From an uncultured Nitrososphaerota archaeon (GTDB lineage Archaea > Thermoproteota > Nitrososphaeria > Nitrososphaerales > Nitrosopumilaceae), in contig OY969559.1 of the NCBI GenBank assembly GCA_963701075.1, positions 32,001-96,000 of the forward strand: a stretch of DNA of 64,000 nt, in the 5' to 3' direction. The first letter of the stretch is position 1, and each line of letters begins with the position of its first letter. Shown piece by piece: positions 32,235 to 42,302 of the stretch. A program made the translations under genes and the position numbers. The notes beneath the pieces were generated by a model. That model ran no database searches. It was not told the DNA's origin and saw only the letters and a program-made list of their open reading frames with translations.

Positions 32235-32303
32235 TGATCACACTCTATTGAGGGTAAATTTTAACTTTTTACTCTTGACTGATCAAAGCACTGGCCAATG
32301 AGT

Positions 32304-32621
32304 TCAATCCTTTAGATTCAGGAGTGGAAAGCGGTTTGAAATGGCCTTTTGATAGAGAACAAAAACTTCCTTTCCCTCATGACATTTTTTGCATATGCAC
32401 ATCTGCGAGACTTTGCTTCTGTCACAGTCATCTGTGAATTCACATTGTTGGCATCCTGCCGGCCCTCCACAGATAGCACATTTTAGATCTACAACTTCAG
32501 CACATGCCTGATGTTTGACTCCTAATCCTTTTGCCCACAAGGCAATTTCATTTACTTCGATCTTCTTCTTGCAAACTATGCAAGTTCCCGGAAATCTCAT
32601 CGGCATGGTGCGCCAGCTCAT
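32304..32621 (-). CDS. Cys-rich putative zinc-binding protein (MSWRTMPMRFPGTCIVC...)
   Basis: Several CxxC pairs; its ATG overlaps the corrected rfcL stop (ATGA). Confidence 0.7.
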   Translation of the reverse strand: MSWRTMPMRFPGTCIVCKKKIEVNEIALWAKGLGVKHQACAEVVDLKCAICGGPAGCQQCEFTDDCDRSKVSQMCICKKCHEGKEVFVLYQKAISNRFPLLNLKD

Positions 32622-33782
32622 TTTATGATAGACTATCTCCTTTTGGATAATTTCATTTTCAGCATCATTGAAATCCATTACTAGTGTCTTGTTTTTGATA
32701 CACATCAAAAGATATGGAAGATAAAAAGTTGCAAAAACACTTCTAGAGACATGCATGCGTTTTGCTAGACCTGCTTCAAGTTCCTTTATTGCCTTACCAT
32801 CCCATCTCAATCGAGTTATTAGAGGCCAAGGAAGGTTATATTGTGAATATCTAACCGGAGTATCATTCTTGTAGAGTCTAACAAGAATTGAATCCAGATA
32901 TCGTAAAAGTCTCCACTGTTGTTCTCTCATTATTTTTCCGTAAAGCATGTCAGCTTCTGAGATTACATCCAACATCTCTTGCATGTCTTCTTTTGAGAGC
33001 TGGCTTGTTATTACACTTGAATAAAATGCGTCAATTTTTTCTCGCGGATCAATCCTTAAAGAATAAAGTATCATCATTGCTTCCTGGTACGATTTTGCTT
33101 TGAAAAATGCATTTATTGCAGATTCTATGTCTGTTGTTTCAAAGGACTTGTCGGTTTGCGGTTCAAATCCAGATACAAGAGCTTGAGAAGAATTTAGAAT
33201 GGACCTAATGTCGCCTCTTGAATCAAGAACTAATTTTATCATGGTTCCAATCTTAAGGGAAGCACCTTCCCGTCTCAAAATCTCTTCCAGATAAAATCGC
33301 AAAAGCCTAGGCGGAATAGGCCTCATTCGTATTGTTGTTGTAGCTTTCTTAATGTCCTTCATTTTATCAGAATTATCAGAGTTTGCAGCCAAGATTATTG
33401 GAACTGTTGGTTCCTTTAGAATGTCTACAAGTGCTCCCACTCCCCCAAAATCAGACCTTCCATGAATTCCATCCACTTCATCCACAAAGATCATCATGGC
33501 TTTGCCAAGGACACCGGCATTTCCCATAACCGGATTAAGTATCTCTTGTATGCGTTGTTTATTTCTGACATCACTTGCGTTGAGGCTTATCATATCATAT
33601 CCAAATTGTTTAGCACAAAGCATAGCCATGGTAGTCTTTCCAATTCCCGGAGGCCCAACCAAGAGCAGGGGTTTTGTTCCCTTGACCCACTTGGCAATCC
33701 ACTTGACAAACGATTCCTTTGCTTCGTCATTGCCAATCATTTCAAGAAGATTTTTTGGCCTATATTTTTCAGACCACATCAT
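32618..33782 (-). CDS. rfcL: Replication factor C large subunit; apparent fusion to the downstream gene is caused by a +1 indel at ~32632
   Basis: WSEKYRP, GPPGIGKT, LNASD, FVDEVD. Confidence 0.9.
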
Positions 33783-33788
33783 TTTCTA

Positions 33789-34908
33789 TCACTTGGGTAG
33801 TTTTGAATCAAATTCTGACCAAAGTTTCTGTTTTTGTAGTTGATTAAACCAGAACGAATTGTAATGCTCTACAGTAAGAAATAAAAATTCAAGAAAGTCC
33901 CTGTGTGAAAAGTTTTCAGGTAAAAGTTCCAAAGCCAGTCTTGCTTCACTTAGATACAGTTCACTCTTTTTCATTGTAAATTCAAATCCCTTCTGTACAT
34001 CATTTGTCAGGATTGTATAATAGAGCGGCCAAGAAGGAACTTTTACAAACTTGTTCTTTATCGAGTCTTCGATCTCGTTGCCACATCCCACCGACTCGGC
34101 TGCCTTTGCCATTCCCAGATAGAAAATCTCACCCAGAGGAAGACGTGCAAGTGCCATGTTCTTTCCTGCTGTACCCATTACGGCTCTGTATTTTTTATAA
34201 CATTCAATCATGGATTCCTCTGTTATGCCCTTTGGTTTCATTTTCAGTTTAAAATCAACATACTGACCTATTCTTGCATCTTTGAATCCTCGTTCAAATT
34301 CCTCCAATACCTGCTGCCCCCCACTTCCAATCTTAGATCTGGCAAGTTGCAAAATGTATGGATTCATTAGCTTGTAGTCATCCAGATACTCTACATCCTC
34401 ATCTTTGTCCATTATCCTATCCATTGGCTCACTTAGATCTATTGCGATAATGTGTCCATCTATGATGTCGGTTTTCTTTTTGGTATCATTTGTATCCCCA
34501 AAGTATTGCGATGAAGCATCGTACAGAGCACTAAAAACTGGAAACGTCATTTTAACAAAGTTGGAATTGAGAATTCTGGTCACCCTATCAAGCAAGGTAT
34601 CATAGTCTTCAAGCCTCTTTTTGACCGAATCTATTTGGGATTTCTCTAGAGTTATCTCGCTTGAACCTACTTCAGCGGCGAACTTTTCTTGAGTTTCATT
34701 AGGAGCATTGTCAGACTTTATTTGCCTCAACAAGTCTTCAGCAAATCTCTTTGTAAATTTTGGAAGTTCATCTTCTGCTTCCTTTTTGTATTTATCAAAT
34801 TGTTTGTAACCCTTACTTTTGAACAAAGACTTGTTTTACTATGTCCTTTCCAGGTTTTGTTGACATCAAAGCCTCCTTGCTAAAAATTGATTCGTCTTTG
34901 CTGCTCAC
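33789..34908 (-). CDS. Conserved hypothetical protein; N-terminus (GTG 34908) separated by a frameshift at ~34829
   Basis: 345-aa ORF plus an upstream segment SSKDESIFSKEALMSTKPGKDIVKQ that joins across AG[A]CT. Confidence 0.7.
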
Positions 34909-34994
34909 ATATTGGCACAACTTCTTTTGCTATTTATGCATTGAGATGTTTTTCTGATTACTTGGAATAAATTAGGATCGAAGATAAAAAATAC

Positions 34995-35806
34995 ATGGAA
35001 AAAATTGAGATTTTAGAGCAAGCTGCAAAAAGAGTCTATGAGAGTGTCAAGCACCTTCCCGGAACAGAAGATGCTGCTGGAGATTTTGGCAGAGGGGCAG
35101 GCGGAGACATATCACGACGAATAGACATAGTAGCAGAGAAAACAGTTTTGGATTACCTAAGAGAGGTTAATTTTCCATGCATAGTTCTTGGCGAAGAATG
35201 CGGTAAGATTGAACTTTCAAAAAATCCTGAAGGCATCATAATAATGGATGCCGTCGACGGATCTACAAATGCAGTAAGGGGTATTCCCTTTTCGTGTTGT
35301 TCTCTTGCATTTGCCACAAAGGATAAGCTCAGCTCTGTTACTGACGCAGCAATCATTGATCTGTACACTGGTGATCTGTATTCTGCATCAAGAGGCAAAG
35401 GAGCTTTTATGAATGGAAAAAAAATCACAGTTCACAAGAAAAAGCCGCTTTACTTTGTGGTAGGATTGGATTTGTCTGGGATATCGCTAGACTCCCTGCA
35501 GAAATTATCCCCCATCATTTCAGCATCTAACCATATCAGGCATTTTGGTGCCGTTGCACTAGAGCTTGCAATATTTGCTCGTGGACTGGTAGACCTGTTT
35601 GTAGACCTCAGAGAAAGCTGCGAGTCACAGATGTTGCTGCTGGGTACCTTATCGCACTAGAGGCCGGCGGAATCATAGTTGACAAAAATGCAACCCCACT
35701 TGATTCAGATCTTGGCTATGACCAAAGAATTTCCTTTATCGCTGCAGCCAGCGAGGAAATACTTGATGAAACTCTTGAGAAATTGAATTTACCAAAGCGA
35801 CTCTAA
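34995..35806 (+). CDS. Inositol monophosphatase / FBPase class IV; -1 frameshift at ~35615
   Basis: LGEECG, DAVDGSTN; the C-terminus LRVTDVAAGYLIALEAGG lies in another frame. Confidence 0.88.
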
Positions 35807-35846
35807 CAAAAGATCGACATTTGATTTTGGGTGAAAAAAGTGTAAG

Positions 35847-35954
35847 CGCCCTTGGCGGGATTTGAACTCGCGTCGAGGCCGTGACAGGGCCCCATTCTAG
35901 ACCGGGCTATACAAGGATTGGATTTTACCCCAAGCCTCTCTATACTACAAGGGC
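35847..35954 (-). tRNA. tRNA-Asp(GUC) with a 33-nt D-loop intron at 15/16 (35907-35939)
   Basis: GCCCTTG/CAAGGGC acceptor stem, anticodon GTC; the intron forms a hairpin with a relaxed BHB. Confidence 0.88.
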
Positions 35955-36013
35955 GTTGAAATATTGGGAACAAAAATCTGAGTTTAAAGCTTTCTTTTCA
36001 TCTAAAAATTTTG

Positions 36014-36021
36014 TAAAAGAC
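36014..36021 (+). repeat. Left copy of the 8-bp direct repeat (putative TSD) TAAAAGAC
   Basis: Identical to 37269-37276; abuts the left inverted repeat. Confidence 0.7.
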
Positions 36022-37268
36022 GTCTTTGCCAACATATGGGAGATATATATCATAATTACCCTGCTCTTTTAAGAAAACCAGCATGTGAATGCATATTGCA
36101 AAAGTAATAAAATGCGTCTGGCAATTTCATGATAAAAAAGACGATCTCAGACAAGTTTTTGATTATTTTAGATATTGTGCAAACGAGGCAATCAGAATAG
36201 GTATAGAAAAAGATCTCACGTCAAAATACAAGTTACATTACCAATTATATCATACACTGCGTCTACATTCACAGTTTCATTCCAAGTATGTCTATGGAGC
36301 ACTAGAATGTGCGGCGTCAAAGTTAAAGATGTATAAAAAGACATTGAAGAAAAAACTAGATGCTAAAAGGCCATACATTACAAGAAATCATCTCATACTT
36401 GACAATCAGTCATACAAAATTGAACATGATACAATCAGGATACCAATTAAGGCTACAAAATATCTATCCATTAAACTGACTAGTTATGTTTTAGAGAAGA
36501 TAAAGCATACAAAACTTGGTAGTCTTGTTATCACAGATGATAAGATCATAATCTCATATTCAAAAGAGATTCCAGAACAGAGACATGGTAATTTTATTGG
36601 TGTTGATAGAAACTTGAACAATGTAACCATATGGGATTCCAAAGGAGATTGTATTGTACACGATCTGTCTAGTGCCCAGAGAATAATCACTTTATATAGT
36701 ACAGTAAAAAGCAAATTCAGACGCAATGATTCCAGAATAAGAAAAAAGATTTTCCAAAAATATGGCAGACTACAGAAGAATAGAGTACAAAATATCTTAC
36801 ACTGTACATCCAAGAAGACAGTATCTCAAAATTCTGGAATTGTCATGGAAAACCTGAAAGGAATACGCAAACTGTATAGACGAGGAAACTGGCAGGGAAG
36901 AAAGTACCGGAGAAGATTGAACTCTTGGTCATTTTATGAACTGCAACGACAGATCGAGTATAAAGCAAGATGGCTTGGTCTGCCGGTAGAATATGTCAAA
37001 GCAGGTGGGACAAGCACAAGGTGTGCGGTATGTGGGTCAAGACTAGTACCCGAAGAGCACCGAAAGATGTTCTGTCCTACTTGCAAGAGTAGTGTTGACC
37101 GAGACATCAACGCTGCTCACAACATCTTGCTTCGAGGCACATGGGTCGTGCCAGACGGGACTGCAGGTGAAGCGGTGATGACAGAATCTGGTAGCAAGGA
37201 ACCGGTAATCTGTCGAGTCGATGCAGTCAAGTCAGGTCATCGGCATCTGCCGATAACTTGTCAGAGCC
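36022..37268 (+). mobile_element. Non-autonomous tnpB-only element with imperfect IS6-like TIRs and an 8-bp TSD
   Basis: Left end GTCTTTGCCAACATATGGG-AGAT vs reverse complement of right end GGCTCTGACAAGTTATCGGCAGAT (17/24); flanked by TAAAAGAC on both sides. Confidence 0.7.
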
Positions 37269-37279
37269 TAAAAGACTAA
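36089..37279 (+). CDS. tnpB: RNA-guided endonuclease TnpB (Cas12f-like)
   Basis: RuvC I GVDRN, RuvC II VMENL, WSFYELQRQIEYKA, zinc finger CAVC/CPTC, RuvC III DRDINAAHNI. Confidence 0.93.
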   Translation: MHIAKVIKCVWQFHDKKDDLRQVFDYFRYCANEAIRIGIEKDLTSKYKLHYQLYHTLRLHSQFHSKYVYGALECAASKLKMYKKTLKKKLDAKRPYITRNHLILDNQSYKIEHDTIRIPIKATKYLSIKLTSYVLEKIKHTKLGSLVITDDKIIISYSKEIPEQRHGNFIGVDRNLNNVTIWDSKGDCIVHDLSSAQRIITLYSTVKSKFRRNDSRIRKKIFQKYGRLQKNRVQNILHCTSKKTVSQNSGIVMENLKGIRKLYRRGNWQGRKYRRRLNSWSFYELQRQIEYKARWLGLPVEYVKAGGTSTRCAVCGSRLVPEEHRKMFCPTCKSSVDRDINAAHNILLRGTWVVPDGTAGEAVMTESGSKEPVICRVDAVKSGHRHLPITCQSLKD

Positions 37280-37290
37280 ATTATACACAA
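37130..37290 (+). ncRNA. Putative omegaRNA (scaffold overlapping the tnpB 3' end; guide from ~37269)
   Basis: TnpB loci generally encode omegaRNA at the right end; hairpin CAGGTCATCGGC-ATCT-GCCGATAACTTG at 37233-37260; boundaries approximate. Confidence 0.6.
37269..37276 (+). repeat. Right copy of the 8-bp direct repeat (putative TSD) TAAAAGAC
   Basis: Identical to 36014-36021; abuts the right inverted repeat. Confidence 0.7.
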
Positions 37291-37306
37291 CTATGACCTT
37301 TCGCGT

Positions 37307-37380
37307 GGGTTCGTAGCTCAGCCAGGTAGAGTACCGGACTTTTAATCCGGCTGTCCGGGGTCCGAATCCCCGCGAACCCG
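37307..37380 (+). tRNA. tRNA-Lys(UUU); integration target
   Basis: GGGTTCG/CGAACCC acceptor stem, CCGGA CTTTTAA TCCGG anticodon arm. Confidence 0.93.
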
Positions 37381-37448
37381 CTTCTTCATTGGTCTCTTTT
37401 TGGGACTCAAGTAGCTGAAAACCCGTCCGCATTTCTCAATTCCAATGG

Positions 37449-38703
37449 ATGGTATGGGATATCATGAGCGGCAACATTAGGCTCTCAGCAGACGAGATAA
37501 AATCAGGACATGAAAATGCCCTTGACATCTTCTACTCCGGGATAAGATCTTCTGAGACTCGCAGAACAATGAACGGCAACCTCGAAAAGTTTCTTCTGGA
37601 CGCATGTGCCGATATATTCAGTGGAGATTACAGGGAGAGGGCAAGACAGTTTGCAGAGATGGCAAAGGAAGACCAGGAAAAGGCCACAAGTCTTGTCTTG
37701 GCATATGCGCGAAAGCTAAGGGAGAGGACTATGCTGGATAAATCAAATCCCGGCTATCTCAACCCCTCTACTCTGCCAAACAAGGTAAAGGCAGTCAAAA
37801 AGTTCCTTGACATGAACGGCCTCGGCCTTGGCTGGAAGAGGGTCTATGTGACATTTCCAGATAAAGACAATACCCACAAGGGAAGGGGATACACAAGACA
37901 CGAGTTGCAAAAGATGCTAGAGTATTCTCGTTCAATCGAGACTGATTTTGTAATACTTGCATCAGAGCTCTGGAGGTTTCAGGTCGGGCTCATGGAATGG
38001 CCAGAGATGGGAGAACGTATTTCCCATCTATGAAGTAAACGGTACATACAAGATAGAGATTGAAAAAGATGATGCCGCAAATGTTGTCTGCGCCGGCATG
38101 GTAATCTACAAGGGAACACCAGACGAGTATGTCTGTCTTATCTCACTTGAGGCCTGGAATAAGCTTGTAGAGTACAAAAAGATCTGGACCGAGAGGATGA
38201 AGAGGCCTCCGACAAGCTCTGATTATCTGGTACTTGCAAGATACGTCAAGCCAACACCGATAACGGATCTGGCAATAAAAAGAAGAATATGGGTGCTGCT
38301 TCTAAGGACTGGCCTTAGGAGTCCGCTCACAGAAGGTCGCAGAAGACACCAAGTTCCTATCACCAACGGGTTTAGACGATACTGGGATAGAATAATGATG
38401 GAGAACGGAAAGAGGCGCGGCACGCTCTCTGCCCTTGTGATAAAGGAGAGACTAATGGGCCATACAGGCGTGGTTACAACAGACAAGAACTATTTCTGGA
38501 CCGATATACTGGACCTTGTCCCAGAATACTTGGATGCCATGCCGGAGCTTGTGGTAGGCGAGGAGATGAGGTTGAGGCACAAGCTTGAGATTGAAAAACG
38601 GGAAAAGGAAAAGCTTGCCGCATCAAACAATGAAAAGGAACAAGCGCTGCAAAAGTTGGCAGAACTAGAGGCCAAGGTACGACGGATGGAAAAGTACAGC
38701 TAG
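37449..38703 (+). CDS. int: Tyrosine integrase; +1 frameshift at ~37965
   Basis: SSGGFR (R), YKG (K), NGFRR (HxxR variant), LMGH, DKNY (Y); C-terminal coiled coil. Confidence 0.85.
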
Positions 38704-38709
38704 ATAAGA

Positions 38710-39753
38710 CTAGGACCTTTTCCCAGTTTTCTTTTTGTTTGACTTGTTAATTCTTCGCCGGTTTGAATGGTATACCGTGGGCTTGCCGTAATCTGCTTTT
38801 AAAAAATCCCTATCCATCAAGAGCGATATGTCTGAAGCATTAATCCAAGCATGAGCACTTTCTTTGACTAGTAGTCTGTACCATCTTTCATATTCTTTCT
38901 CTCCTATACCATGAAATAATTTGATCCTGTTGCCAATCTGTTTCATTGATATCTTTGATTTCTGAGATGCATCCTTTTTTGTTTCTAATGCGTTTACAAG
39001 AAATGTAGACAGTAACTCTTGAGCGTAAAGTCGATTAGTCAAGAGTTTGTTATAAAACTCGATGTCTTCGCGGTGGTCCCTGTTCAGATCGTCAGAGAGT
39101 TCTTTAAAACTTGAAAAAACCCTTGAATGAAAATTTAGTTCCTCGCCATATCTTGACAGAAAGTCTCTAAAGTTGGCCAGAAAGTTGACGATCTGCCCTT
39201 CTCTGAGTTCTTTTCTACGAATGGCAATGTAATCTCCAAACTTTTTATTCCTGCTGTATTCCATCAGCAAAATCTTCACTTTTAGGATATACATGATGAC
39301 GAGTTTTCTTAGAATTTGCTCAAATGGCAGCAGGCCAGAATTAATTTTCCATTTATACACCATCAATCCTCTTCTTAATGCTCCTTTCTTCATGCGTGCC
39401 ATTCCTCCTTTGAGGCCATAATAGGCGACAAATTTACTGTAAAAGTTACTCTTTGAAATCTGCTCATTTGATTCCATAAGTGAAGAGACCGCATCTTTTA
39501 GCAACAAATGATTGGCTGTGGTGGTTTGAAAAGGCTCCAAATGTCTGGGAACAAAATAGACTTCAGACGCCCACCAATTCCTCTTTTTCATGGTATTGTG
39601 TTTAGTAAAATATTCCAGGTCTGCTTTTACATCCTCCCAGTTTTTTGAAGCACGGCTTTTCTTGTGTATTTCATACAAGGTTGAAAAGGGATTAGCTATA
39701 ACATAATCGAGAACTCTTGACCGTCTGTAAGATAACCCGTCAGTGGGTATCAT
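38710..39753 (-). CDS. Hypothetical basic protein, possible N-terminal winged helix
   Basis: 347-aa ORF; RVLDYVIANPFSTLYEIHKKS...DLEYF resembles a wHTH. Confidence 0.6.
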   Translation of the reverse strand: MIPTDGLSYRRSRVLDYVIANPFSTLYEIHKKSRASKNWEDVKADLEYFTKHNTMKKRNWWASEVYFVPRHLEPFQTTTANHLLLKDAVSSLMESNEQISKSNFYSKFVAYYGLKGGMARMKKGALRRGLMVYKWKINSGLLPFEQILRKLVIMYILKVKILLMEYSRNKKFGDYIAIRRKELREGQIVNFLANFRDFLSRYGEELNFHSRVFSSFKELSDDLNRDHREDIEFYNKLLTNRLYAQELLSTFLVNALETKKDASQKSKISMKQIGNRIKLFHGIGEKEYERWYRLLVKESAHAWINASDISLLMDRDFLKADYGKPTVYHSNRRRINKSNKKKTGKRS

Positions 39754-39890
39754 AGGTCAATTTCACATATGACCATAAAGAAGGATCGTTTTTGTAAAAA
39801 GATACAAAGCAGATCACTTTGGTTTACCAAAATGAGGGTGACTAACCGCAGAACAGCGTTCCCTATCTAACTTTATGCTGTTTTACATTC

Positions 39891-40052
39891 ATGGCAAACG
39901 AGTTTTCACACAAAAAGATCTGCATCAGCCTGCCAGTATGGCAGATAAAGATGCTACAGGAAGAACAAGGAAATCTTTCCATGTCAAAGCTCATCTCTGG
40001 ACTTGTTAACAGGGAACTCATGGAGCAGAGAAAAAAGAGGAAACAAGATTGA
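39891..40052 (+). CDS. CopG/ribbon-helix-helix protein, 53 aa (absent from ORF track)
   Basis: MANEFSHKKICISLPVWQIKMLQEEQGNLSMSKLISGLVNRELMEQRKKRKQD*. Confidence 0.65.
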   Translation: MANEFSHKKICISLPVWQIKMLQEEQGNLSMSKLISGLVNRELMEQRKKRKQD

Positions 40053-40201
40053 TAACACTTGGATGTACTCATACACCAAAGAGTTACAGGATGACCTTTG
40101 CCTGCAAGACAACAGGAGATTATGTCCTTGAACTTTGTGGGAACTGTCATGATTCTGAGAGCAGGGATTTCCTCATAAATGAGGAAGAAATTAAAAATTG
40201 A
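40049..40201 (+). CDS. 50-aa putative zinc-binding protein (absent from ORF track)
   Basis: MITLGCTHTPKSY...LELCGNCHDSESRDFLINEEEIKN*; TTG start overlaps the RHH stop (TTGA). Confidence 0.55.
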   Translation: MITLGCTHTPKSYRMTFACKTTGDYVLELCGNCHDSESRDFLINEEEIKN

Positions 40202-40209
40202 ATCACTTT

Positions 40210-40719
40210 TTACTTCCAAGTTTCTGGGTTTTCACAAAAGTCGCATAGATCGCCGGATACCAGTTCCAGAAAGTGACAAACTGCAGTCTCCAAATATCTC
40301 TGAAGTTCATGTATTCCAGTTATTTTGCCGTCCTTCATCCATCCTGCCATCTCGAACAGAACCTTGATGAACCCTGCTGGAAGTACTGTCATTTTTTTCA
40401 TCTCGCAAAATTTGTCGTACATTTCCTTTACATATTCGGGACTGAGTTGAGTTTTTACAACTATATCACATAGAGATTCTCCTTCCTCAAATAGTTTGAA
40501 TAGAAGAGCCGCATTGGGGTCCTTATTTTCGGAGTCACTTGCCTGACTTGTGAATTTCTGCTTTATTTTGCTTATCCCGCTTATGTTGAATTTCTTGATT
40601 CTGCCGTCAATTCTGTATCTTGTCTTTACAATTTCACTGTAACTTTCTCCGCGTTGTATTCTTCTGAATATGTCCTTTTCTACCTCATCGAGTGTCATGT
40701 CTTTCTGTATTTTCTTCAT
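40210..40719 (-). CDS. Hypothetical protein with HTH-like segments and a C-terminal CxxC
   Basis: IQRGESYSEI and LFEEGESLCDIVVKTQLSPEYV; CDFC. Confidence 0.6.
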   Translation of the reverse strand: MKKIQKDMTLDEVEKDIFRRIQRGESYSEIVKTRYRIDGRIKKFNISGISKIKQKFTSQASDSENKDPNAALLFKLFEEGESLCDIVVKTQLSPEYVKEMYDKFCEMKKMTVLPAGFIKVLFEMAGWMKDGKITGIHELQRYLETAVCHFLELVSGDLCDFCENPETWK

Positions 40720-40767
40720 TAAAGATTTGGACGGAAGTATGAAGTAGATAAGTTTTTGAATGATCTT

Positions 40768-40814
40768 CTTGTTTTCTCTTGTTTTCTCTTATTCTCGCTT
40801 GTTTTTCTTGTTCC
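40768..40814. repeat. Five degenerate ~10-bp tandem repeats (CTTGTTTTCT)
   Basis: CTTGTTTTCT CTTGTTTTCT CTTATTCTCG CTTGTTTTT CTTGTTCC. Confidence 0.7.
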
Positions 40815-40977
40815 TAGTGGTACTTTACACTACAATTAATCTTGAAATTAGTTGCCTAGTGCCGCATATAGTATCTACTAGGTAGTGGAACGTAGCAGAA
40901 CCGGTTTCAAACTATACTCTTAGAAGTCTATTTTAGTAAATACCTATTCCATTATACAGAATTTTCAGTTTAAAATC

Positions 40978-41785
<808 letters not shown>

Positions 41786-42190
41786 CTATATCACTCCTCA
41801 ATTTCTGGCACGACTATCTGACTAATAAATAGGCAAGTGAGTGAATCGCAAGTTATGAGAGACCAGTTGCTGAACTGTAATAATCCTCATCCACTAATAG
41901 AAATTAACAAGTGGCGGTCTACAAGATCGTACAGCCAGTAGTTCCAATGCACAAAATACGTAGACCGCTGGATGAAAATTCATTTCACATTATCTAAGGA
42001 TTTACTATTGTTTTTCCATATGCTATATGATAGTACGGTATAATCATTTTAAGAATAAAAAGTCAATACAAGTTTCTAAAGTGAGGATCAGAATTTTAGG
42101 CCATGGCAAACTTTACTATGAAGACTGTGTTCTCAATGTAATAATAAATCAGATACTTTGAAAAAAATACTGGCAATGAAAAAAATTATT

Positions 42191-42204
42191 CCCGCGAACC
42201 CGCT
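42191..42204 (+). repeat. attR, a duplicate of the tRNA-Lys 3' end
   Basis: CCCGCGAACCCGCT in otherwise AT-rich context. Confidence 0.85.
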
Positions 42205-42302
42205 ATATTACAATTTGACTAAGAATTCACATTATCCCAAAATTGTAAATTTTGCCCAATAGTTTTCACTGCAAACTCCCTCTAAAAAGAAGGGAATTCT
42301 AA

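Noticed and set aside
32304-33782. RFC large subunit fused to a Cys-rich zinc domain (492-aa ORF)
   Set aside because: Removing one base at AG[A]CT (32630-34) gives ...EIAIIK* with an ATGA overlap, so these are two ordinary genes.
35881-36072. 63-aa ORF on the plus strand
   Set aside because: It is antisense to tRNA-Asp and spans the element's left end; spurious.
36089-37279. Cas12f / CRISPR system
   Set aside because: No repeat-spacer array or cas1/cas2/cas4 gene is visible in the window; the architecture fits a transposon-encoded TnpB.
39863-40219. 118-aa minus-strand ORF in the track
   Set aside because: It is the shadow of two more plausible plus-strand small genes (RHH and zinc-binding).
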